NCBI GenBank assembly: GCA_964036045.1
Contig: OZ038378.1
Location: 3,410,001-3,474,000 of the forward strand
DNA length: 64,000 nt
Source: Eutreptiella sp. 'Long Island Sound 2002'
Lineage: Eukaryota; Protista; Euglenida
Reading direction: 5' to 3'
This document shows, piece after piece, positions 36,204-45,900 of this stretch (its first letter is position 1; every line of letters begins with the position of its first letter). The notes beneath the pieces were generated by a model. It did not search any database. It worked only from the letters and a program-made list of their open reading frames with translations, and was not told the DNA's origin. The position numbers and the translations under genes are program-made.

Positions 36204-36832
36204 AAAGCAGTCTCAAACTACACCTCAAACATGCATGACTGAAAACCAGAGTGTGCATATTGCATTGACGAGTTGTCATGTGTCGTCACTTGATTAAACC
36301 ACTGGTTAGTCCGTTAGCCAGCGGCATGGTGGCAGCGTACTGCCTACACTCCGTGGGGATGTGCAAGCACGAAAGGCTATACGTAGCATAGGACTGAGGG
36401 AAACATGGTTTTGCACACAGCACACTAGGCCACAATGCATATCATGTGCAACCATGCGCAGCAGTAGGCTGGGGGGTGGGGCACGGCTAACCACTGGGGC
36501 ACGCTGGGCACCAAAGGGCGACCACCGGGGGCGCAAACAGTTGGCGGACAGTTGCAAGGTGCAAGCCACACGCCAACAGCCAAATGAAGGAGGTGCCTCA
36601 CCACACGAATCCTAAAGCAGATCAACTAGCACCGCAGGCCCCAATGCCCACGCAAACAGCAAGCCCTGATGTGCTAAGTGAAACGGCGACCTTGCTTGTT
36701 TCATGAAGTGGAGGATGACAGCATCCCCCCCCGGTGGTCTGTTTGCAACACCAGAGAAGTATGATGACTCTGATTCTCCGGAGGACACTAATCGTGTCTC
36801 AACACGTATGTCAGTCGTGGGCACCCTGCATC

Positions 36833-36868
36833 ACTTTCTGAGTTTTTTTCGTATCTATTTTTTTTCCG
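36833..36868 (+). other. Genomic spliced-leader copy plus truncated SL relic
   Basis: ACTTTCTGAG-TTTTTTTCG followed by TATCTATTTTTTTTCCG, 3 nt before the ATG. Compare the Euglena SL ACTTTCTGAG|TGTCTATTTTTTTTCG. Confidence 0.8.
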
Positions 36869-36871
36869 GTC

Positions 36872-38353
36872 ATGCGCTTTCCCTGGATGCTCATCTTATG
36901 GTTGGCTTGCTTTCATGCAGTTGACTCCGAATCAACAAACACGATTGGCCCTGGTCCCTTCTACCACAACGTCAACGTTGACCACTTTGATGGTTCCAAC
37001 CCAAAAACATGGCCTCAAGCCTACTACATCAATGCTTCCTTTTGGAATCCTGGGAGTAGCGCTCCGGTCTTCCTCTGTGTTGGAGGAGAAGGCCCTCCCT
37101 TGGGTCCCTCGGTGGTCGTGTCGTCTGTACACTGCAATCTGGCTGTCGAACTCCTCAAAGACACCAAGGCGCTACTATTTGCAGTGGAACACCGTTACTA
37201 TGGCTGCCACAATTTGTCCGCATGCCCCGTCCCAGACCCCGCGGCCCCTGGGGCCCTTCGTTACCTTAGTAGCCGCCAGGCCCTCGCCGATTTGGTGGCA
37301 TTTCACGCACATGCCACCCACACCTATGGGCTGACTCCAGCGAACAAGTGGGTCTCATTCGGTGGCTCATACCCAGGGATGCTTGCCGGATGGTCCCGCA
37401 TCAAGTTTCCGCACTTGGTCCATGCCGCTGTGGCCTCCTCTGCCCCCGTGCAGGCGCAGGTGGAAATGCGTGGCTACAACGACCTTGTGGCCCAGGCGTA
37501 CGAAGTACAGGACAATGGGGTCGGGGGCTCTGCAGCGTGCCGCAGGAATATTGCTCTCGGGCATGCCCTGATTGGACAAAACCTGAGCACTGCGGAAGGC
37601 AGGCGATTCCTGGCATCGTTGTTCAAACTCCCGTCTGCGGAGTGGCTAGAGAACCCCGACAACCAGGCGTCATTCGCGGGCAACGGTGTTGCATATTTCC
37701 CCGCCCAGGGCAACGACCCTGCCTGCACGCAGCCCGTGTGCAATATTCGAAAGATTTGTGAAGTGATGACCGGAAGTGACACGGAAGTGGTCGACCTCCT
37801 GGCCAAGGTACGGCAAATGCAGGCTGCTTGGTCACCGGCATTGCTACACAATGACCGCCTCCGTTCATTGCATCGCCTCTTCATTTCACAGCCTTTGTTA
37901 CAAATGCGCAACCCAGTCTGGATCAGAGGGGCCGGTCCTGATCTTTGGGGATACCAGACATGCACTGAGTTTGGGTTTTACCAGACATGCGACGTGGGCT
38001 CCCAGTGTTTCTTTACTCAAGGACTGCAAACCCTAAAGCAGTCCTTGGACTATTGCAAGCAGGCGTTTGGCATCGATGCCATGCAGGTTGCGAACAACGT
38101 ACACTTCTCCAACCTCTACTATGGAGGGCTGCACCCCTCAGGATCCCGTGTGCTGTACGTCAATGGGGAGGTGGACCCATGGCGGGCCTTAAGCATCACC
38201 AATCCGCCTGCGTCCCAAATGCCTGTGCTGTATGTCCCAGGGGCATCGCACCACGCCTGGACTCACCCCAGCGCACCTGGGGACCAGGTATCAGTGGTAC
38301 GGGCCAGAGCAAAGATAAGGCGGCAGGTTGAGCAATGGCTTGTGGAGCAGTAG
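36872..38353 (+). CDS. Secreted serine carboxypeptidase, family S28 (PRCP/PRSS16-like), intronless, 493 aa
   Basis: Signal peptide MRFPWMLILWLACFHAVDS. S28 motifs GGEGP, EHRYYG, LSSRQALADL, nucleophile GGSYPG, YQTCTEFGF, acid NGEVDPW and His motif GASHH. Uninterrupted ORF. Confidence 0.95.
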   Translation: MRFPWMLILWLACFHAVDSESTNTIGPGPFYHNVNVDHFDGSNPKTWPQAYYINASFWNPGSSAPVFLCVGGEGPPLGPSVVVSSVHCNLAVELLKDTKALLFAVEHRYYGCHNLSACPVPDPAAPGALRYLSSRQALADLVAFHAHATHTYGLTPANKWVSFGGSYPGMLAGWSRIKFPHLVHAAVASSAPVQAQVEMRGYNDLVAQAYEVQDNGVGGSAACRRNIALGHALIGQNLSTAEGRRFLASLFKLPSAEWLENPDNQASFAGNGVAYFPAQGNDPACTQPVCNIRKICEVMTGSDTEVVDLLAKVRQMQAAWSPALLHNDRLRSLHRLFISQPLLQMRNPVWIRGAGPDLWGYQTCTEFGFYQTCDVGSQCFFTQGLQTLKQSLDYCKQAFGIDAMQVANNVHFSNLYYGGLHPSGSRVLYVNGEVDPWRALSITNPPASQMPVLYVPGASHHAWTHPSAPGDQVSVVRARAKIRRQVEQWLVEQ

Positions 38354-38435
38354 CACATGCCTGCAGCCCGCGTCTTGAACTCAGTTTTGCCCCACGTGTG
38401 CTTTGCTCAAGGCATGTTCAGCAGAATGGGAGGGT

Positions 38436-38580
38436 GAGAGACAGCTCCCCAGGTAAAGCTGGAACACATGCCAAATGTGGAGCCCTCGTTTGTACTATAT
38501 GCCCTACTTCTTGAACCAGGCGGTTGCCTGAGAGCTCACATTACACTCTTTGAACTTGTTGAGCCTGAGGAAAAAAAAAA
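38436..38580 (+). mobile_element. Short poly(A)-tailed insertion downstream of the S28 gene
   Basis: 13-bp TSD AGAATGGGAGGGT (38423-38435, 38581-38593) around ~145 bp ending in A10. Confidence 0.65.
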
Positions 38581-39646
38581 AGAATGGGAGGGTCTCTTTC
38601 GCCTGTCCCCGGAGGGATGGGGGGGTGATTGATTTGGCTGTCAGGCGAAAATGCCTTCTTTCTCCTCAAGGTCGACGCAGCTTTGACTACGTGTTGTCTG
38701 TCGGCCTCCCTGTGGGTATTGGTCGTGGACAATTGCAATGTGTTGCAGTTTCTGGCCTTTCTCAGTCAAGGGGACTGGCCGACTCATTGGGCAGACTCAT
38801 GTGGCTGTCGTTGCCGTTGCGTGTTCGGCCGGTCAACTCGGTGTGTCGCCTTCCCGCCTTCCCATGTGCCGTCACTCGGGTGTCCAAAAGTCCCATTCAT
38901 TGGTGTTCTGGTGGATCAACTGCCCCTTTGGTGCAGGTTGGGTTGCTCAGGTTTCAACTTGGGGACGGGAACAATTCATTTGCACAGTTGGGGGGCGGTC
39001 GTCTGAGCATATTTTCCGGACCCCCCCCCCAGGTCCAGGAGGGGGGTCAGGGGAGGATCTGGGGTACCCCAACATACACTCAAAAGGATTCCCACGACAT
39101 GCTGATCATTTTGAGGAGACATCATCAAAGTTTTGGAAAGGTGATTTCGGATCGGAGTATTCTTAGATGGCAGTTAGGCGACCCAATGCTGCTGTAGATG
39201 AGAACACTAGCGGGGTCACCAAAGAAGAAAGATGATCCTTGATGCCACAAATTGACAAGGAGGTACCGGAAGATACACGCAATCTAGACTAATCTTGAAG
39301 TCTCGATGACCTCCATCAGTGGCGGAGAAAACCCCCCAAGCTAGCGAGAGCCGATGCAAAACACTGCCCCGGTGTAGCCACTGTGTCCGGTGCCTTTGGT
39401 GTTTGCGATGTACAGCGTCACAGAGCCCACTGCTGGATACTTCATGCACACGGTTTCGGTCCTTCCTGAAGGAGGTGTCTCAACTGCTGGATACCCTGTG
39501 GTGATGCGTTAAAGTTGAGTGTGACGTCCTCATTGACTGGCGAGCCCATGTACAAGGTTAAAGTTACCGCTGAGTACCAGGGAGTACCGGTCGAAATTTT
39601 TGGTGGGGCTGGGGGGGGGGGACCGGGTCTGGCTATCTGTCACTCG

Positions 39647-39688
39647 GTGACAGATGGAGAGTGACAGATGGAGAGTGACAAATGGAGC
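39647..39688 (+). repeat. 14-bp minisatellite GTGACAGATGGAGA, about three copies
   Basis: Visible directly; degenerate GTGACA units continue to ~39790. Confidence 0.8.
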
Positions 39689-39999
39689 TGATGCCCAGTG
39701 TTGCAGTGCAGCGCATGTTTGTAATGGACAGTGACACATGGAGATGGCACTGACGGTGACAGTGACAGTTCCAGGTGCAGTGACAATGGCTATGTGTTGC
39801 AAACTGTGTTGCCTGTTTCAATGGTGTTGTCTGCTGCTCTCCTGCTGCAGGCCTCCCTTTCTTTCCTGGTTGTACACAATGCCTGTCAAGGGTAGTTGGC
39901 AAATGTGTTCACCGGCGCTCAGTGTGTTACTTTCTTGTGCAGCTTTTGTGTCACTCTTATCATCTGCCACTCGTCACACGAGACACGCATACCGTTGTC

Positions 40000-42900
40000 C
40001 GTAGCGGGGATGAAATCAAAATGACTCCGTAAAATCTGCCGTCTCGGGGGCTAACATATGGGTAAAACAACAATATACCGCTGGGAACCTCAAAGACAGT
40101 GGGGTTTGTGTAGCCGTTTTGCCCACATGAGAGCCCCCAAGATGGCGGGAGTTTGGTAGCGACTTTATTTCTGTCCCCGCTTTGGGGACCCCAAGACGAC
40201 ATGTGTGATGCAGCCATTTAGGTTTTGCCACGGCTTTGGGGATCTGCTAAACGGCAAGGGTTAGAGCCCGCGTGTGGCCCAAACTAGCAAGAGTTTATGT
40301 AGCCATTTTCATTTCCTCCCCACTTTGGGGTTCCCAAAGACGGCAAAGGGTTATTATGTAGCCGTCTCGCCCAAATGCGGGCCATGAAGACAAGGAGACT
40401 TAATGTGGGCACTTTGATTGCACTCTTGCCTCTGCCACTCCAAAGACTCAACGGGTGATGCAGCCAATTGGCCCACAACTACGCTTGCAACATGGCAGAG
40501 GATACGGAGTCACTTTGATTTTCTCCTCTCATTGGTGACCTCTCAAATTGCATGGCTCAAATAGGCAGTTTGCTCACATGTGTGCCCCCATGACGGTGGG
40601 GTTTATGTAGCCACTTGGATTTTGTGCCGGCATCGGGAACCGCCGTAACAGGAAGGGCCATGTAGCCACTTTCTTCTCCCGCTTGGTTTAGGTTTTGTCC
40701 CTTCAACACATAGCATGCAAATCACTCAAATGGGTACTTTTGTTACTTCCAATAGGGAACAGGATCCATGCTCCTACCGAACACGGCAGGTGGTACATAG
40801 GCAGCCTAATTTTGTCCCCGCTTTTGGGGGGGGGGCGAGACGGCAAGGGTTATGTAGTCGTTTAGCCCCCATGTGGGCCCTCAAGACGGTAGGGGACATG
40901 TAGGCACTTTGGTTCCGCCCCCACTTTCGAGACCGCATGACGGCACGGGTGATGTAGCCCATTGGCCCACTTTTGGGCGACCAAGATGGCAAAGCGTACA
41001 AACTCAATTTGATGTTGCCCCCTTCTTTTATGACCGCCAAGACAGCAAGGATTATGTAGCCAACTTGATTTTGTGCCCTGTTTGGAGACCGCTCAGAAGT
41101 TAGGCCACGTGTAGGCCTGCAAGTTGACTTTGAATCTGTCCACACTTTGCAGATGAAATCAAAGGGGTTGCGGAATACGTGCGGTCATGGGGGCCCGCAT
41201 TTGGGCAAAAGGGCCAAATAATTCGTGCCGTCTTGGGGGTCCCCAAAGGACCGAGAAAATCAAAAGTGGGTACACAACCCCTACCATATTGGCGGGCCAA
41301 ATGGGGGCAAAAGGGTGACATAACCCGTGCTATCTTGGGGGCCCCCAACGGGAGGACGGCCTCCTAGATGGCAAGTGTGACGTAACCACTTTGGTTTTTT
41401 CCTTGCCTTGGGGACCCGCAAGATAGCAAGGGTAATGTAGCGGTTTTCGCCACATGTGGGCCCCAAGGCACATACCTAGGCGTCCAAAAGCGTAGAGGTT
41501 GCATAGTCAATTTTCTTTGTCCCTGCTTTGCACACACCCGAGACCACAAGTCCCTCTCCCCCTCCCGAGTGACGAGTGACAAGTGATGGATGATAAGAGT
41601 TTTTTTTTCTTTCAGTAAACATAGTCCGGAAGCTGCGAAGGTGAGTTCACTGGTTACTATGTCACATTACGGGTGCTCTACCCGGATCATATAGCATCTG
41701 TAAAACAGGCATACCCCTCACAAATAGGGGGGACACTATTTTCTCCTTATGATGCCACACAGGAAGCTGCCTGGCAGCGGCCACACCTTCAAAGAGAAGA
41801 CTAAAAGCCAGGGGAAACCATGCAAGGGGACCCCCAAGGCGCAAGGGGTGATGTAGCTCGTTTGTCCGCACAAGGGCCCTCAAGTCGGCAAGGGTTGTGT
41901 AGGCACTTTGGCTGGTATGTGGCCGCTTTGGGGACTCCTAAGATGGCAAGGGTGCTCAGCCAATTGGCCCACACCTAGGCGTCCAAGACAGCAGCGGCTA
42001 CAAAGTCAGTCTTACTACATTTGCCTTTTCGACCCGCACCTTGGCGTCCAAGACGGCAAGGGTTACGTAGCCATGTTGTGTACCCATGGGCCGCTAGGTC
42101 AACAGGGGTTTTGCAGCCTGCTGGATTACGTGGCCTCCAAGGGGACCCTCAAAACCGGCAAGAGGTTTGCAAACACATGACCACATATAGGCCCTGGCGA
42201 AACCTTTAATTTCGTTCGTGCTTTGGGGATCCCCAAGATGGAAGGGTTTATGTAGCCACTTTAATTTCTTACCTACTTTCGGGACCCCCAAAATGGCAAT
42301 GGTTTTGTACTCTATTTGCCCACTTGTAGGCCGCTACGACAACAGGGTTGGTGTAGCCATTGTGATTTTGTGCCTTGTTTGGGGAGCAACAAGAGGTATG
42401 CAGCCCTTTGGCCACATGTAGGCCCGGAAAGCTACTTTGATTTTATTTTTCCGGCATTTGGGACTCCCAAGATGGCAAGGGCGATGTTCGAACGATGTCC
42501 ACATGTGGGCCCCCGACACAACAAGAGGTATATAGCCACTTTACTTTTGTCCCCCTTGCCTTTGGGACCCTTGAGATTGTAGGGGGTATGCAGCCATGAT
42601 GCCCACATGTGGCCCCCCAAAGATAGCAAGGGTTTTGTAGCTACTTTGATATAACCCTTCTTCTTTGGGATCCCCGAGACGGTAGGGGTTATGTACCCAT
42701 TATGCCCACATGTGGGCCCCAAGACGGCAAGGGTTTTGTAGCTACTTTCATTTTGTGTTGTCTTTGGACACCCACAACACGGTACGAGTTATGTAGCCAT
42801 GTTCGGCACAAGTAGGCACCCAAGAGAGCATTAGTTTTGTCCCCTCGTTGCGGACGAGCAAGATGGCCAAGATGGCATGGGTTATATAGCCAATTTGATA

Positions 42901-45900
42901 TCGTGCCGGATTTGGGGACCCCGAGAGAGCAAGCGTTATATCGCCATTTTCGCCACATGTGGGCCCCCCAAGACGGCATTGGTCACTTGGCTAATTTGCT
43001 TTCGTGCCCCATTTGGGGACCCTGAAAACGGTAAGAGAAATTTAGCATAGCCACTTGGCCACATGTATGCCCCGAACACGACTTGTTTTTGTCTCGGCAA
43101 TCAGACTACCCAAGACAGCCGGGGTAATGAGGCCGATATCCGCACATGTGGGCCCCTAAGATGGCAGGGGTTATGTGGCCACATTTTTTTCGTCCCCGCC
43201 TTGGGGACCTCTAACATGGCAAGGGTGATGTAGTCATTTTGCCCACATGTGGGCCCCCAAGAGGGCTAGGGTTTCTTAGCTCGTTTTATTTCGTGTTGTC
43301 TTTGGACACCCACAACTTGGCAAGAGGTATGCGGCCATGTTCGCTAGAGTTAGGCGCCCAAAAGAGCTTTGCTTTGGTCCCCGCATTGGAGACCAACAAG
43401 ACGGCCAAGATGGCATGGGTTATGTAACCATTTTGTCCCCATGTGGACCCCCAACCCCTCAAGGGTTGTGTAACCACTTTGATTTCATGCCCCCTTTAGG
43501 GAATCCCAAGAGGCCATGGTCGATGTAGCCAATTGGCCCACACTTGGGCTTCGCACTTGGTAGATGGTAGGTTGTACATTCGCTTTTGTGCTTGCTTTGG
43601 GAACCCCCAAGAAGGCAAAGGTTATGTAGCCTTTTTGCCCACATTTCGGCCCCCAAGAGGGCAGGGTTTACGTAGCCACTTTGATTTTGTCGCTGCTTTG
43701 GTTGCCCGCAACATGGCAAGGGTGATGTAGCCGTCTTGCCCACATGTGGCGCATTAAGACGGCAAGAGTGATGTTGCCAATTTGGTAACATGCTAGCCCT
43801 AACAGTGGTATGGTTGCCCGCAACATGGCAAGGGTGATGTAGCCGTCTTGCCCACATGTGGCGCATTAAGACAGCAAGAGTGATGTTTCCAATTTGGTGA
43901 CATGCTAGCCCCAACAATGGTAGGAGTTATGCGGCCACTTTGGTTTGCTCCCTGCTTTCGGGAGCCCAAGATGACAATGGTGATCTAGCCATTTTGTCCA
44001 CGTAGGAGCACTTAGGACGGCAAGGGTTATGTAGCTAGTTGGATTTTGCCCCCGCTCTGGTGAGCTAAGAGATCGCATGCCTTTAGCCAGTTTCACCCCC
44101 CCCCCCCCGCTTTCGGATTCCCAAAGACGGCAAGGTTTATGTAGCCGTGTTGCCCACATGTGGACCATTAGGAAGAGTACGGTTTATGTAGCGACTTTGA
44201 TTTTGCTCTTGCCTTTGCCACACCCAAGAGTGCAAGCGTGATGCAGCCCTTGCAAGATGGCAGAGGATATATAGTCATTTTGATTTGCTCCTCTCATTGG
44301 TTACCTTTGAAATGGCATGACTTATGTATGCAGTGTGCTCACGTGCGTGCCCCCATGATAGTGGGATTTATGTAGCCATTTGGATTTTGTGCCGGCACCG
44401 GGAACCGCCGTAACGGGAAGGGCTATGTAGCCACTTTCTTCTCCCGCTTGTTTTGAACACTGCCAACATGGCAGGTGGTACATAGGCAGCCTAATTTTGT
44501 CCCCGCTTTTGGGGGGGGGGGCGAGACGGCAAGGGTAGTCGTTTAGCCCCCATGTGGGCCCTCAAGACGGTAGGGGACATGTAGGCACTTTGGTTCCGCC
44601 CCCACTTTCGAGACCGCATGACGGCACGGGTGATGTAGCCCATTGGCCCACTTTTGGGCGACCAGGATGGCAAAGCGTACAAACTCAATTTGATGTTGTC
44701 CCCTTCTTTTCTGGCCGCCAAGACAGCAAGAATTATGTAGCCAACTTGATTTTGTGCAGTGTTTGGAGACCCTCAAGAAGGTAGGTGGCATTTAGCTAGT
44801 TGCGCCACGTGTCGGCCCGCAAGCTCACTTTCAAATTGTCCTCACGTTGGGGGCCCCCAAGACAGCACGGGTTGTGTCACCCTTTTGCCCCCATTTGGCC
44901 CGCCAAGATGGTAGGGGTTATGTACCCACTTTGATTTCACCCCTCTTTTTGGGGCGTCCAAGATGGCACCGGTTATTCGGCTCTTTTGCCTATATGCAGG
45001 CCCCAAGACTGCACATGTTCTGTAGCCCCATTGATTTCATCTATAACTGGTGGACCTCCTAGACGGCAAGTGTGACGTAACCACTTTGGTGTTTTACTTG
45101 CCTTGGGGACCCGCAAGACAGCAAGGGTTCTGTAGCTATTTTCGCCACATGTGGGCCCCAAGACCTATACCTGGGCATCCAAGGGGGCGCCTCAAGCGCA
45201 GTGTGCGCGCAGTGCGCGCGCAGTGCAACTATTTGGGCGTCTAGCCGTACTAGAGACCCATACTTTGAGATACTAGGGGCCCCTAGGGGCATCTTGGTGA
45301 CCCCTAGCGGAGGTTTTGACTTCTGATTTTGTCCCCCGTTGTTTGGGGACCCCTGAGAATGCAGGGGTGACCCGATGAACCTTGAACATTCACCAAGGAG
45401 GAGGTGGCAAAAATGAACAAACAAACGGAAGACAAGATCCCAGAGATGTTGCTCCATGTACATGAGAAAAGCACCGGAGCTCACCCTCTTGACTTGCAAA
45501 AAGATGGTGTTGAGTGGTGGATTAAGCGTTGTGGCGGAACTCGGTCCTTAAGGATGCAAATCAATTATATGGGTATTGATGCCCACTCTGCCGAGGAGTT
45601 TTGGCTAAAGTATGGGCATGATGATTTACTTCCACGCGAACATTTGTTCCGCTTCTTTTTCTTCCTCAAGCACACTCCACCTCATAGGTGTGCTCATCTC
45701 CTCTCTGGAGCAACAAGGTGCTCTGAGGAGGCTTGGTGGGCAAGTGTGCATGGTGTTCGTTCTTGCTTGAATGGTGTTGTCGCTGAAATTCGATGGGCGG
45801 AAAGAGCTGGGGCAGTTTGGGTCACTTATTTCTAAGGGTGTTTCCAAGGGGTGTGCTTGGGGGCTCTTTGGGGGGAACATAGTCTAAAAGTAGCGCGTAG

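Noticed and set aside
38571-38581. Poly(A) as the retrocopy tail of the S28 gene
   Set aside because: It belongs to a separate short insertion with its own 13-bp TSD. No TSD links it to the SL relic, so it is not used as evidence.
41545-41810. Micro-exon (tttcag|25 nt|gtgagt) in a non-satellite insert
   Set aside because: No neighbouring exons or reading frame support it; treated as an unclassified insert.
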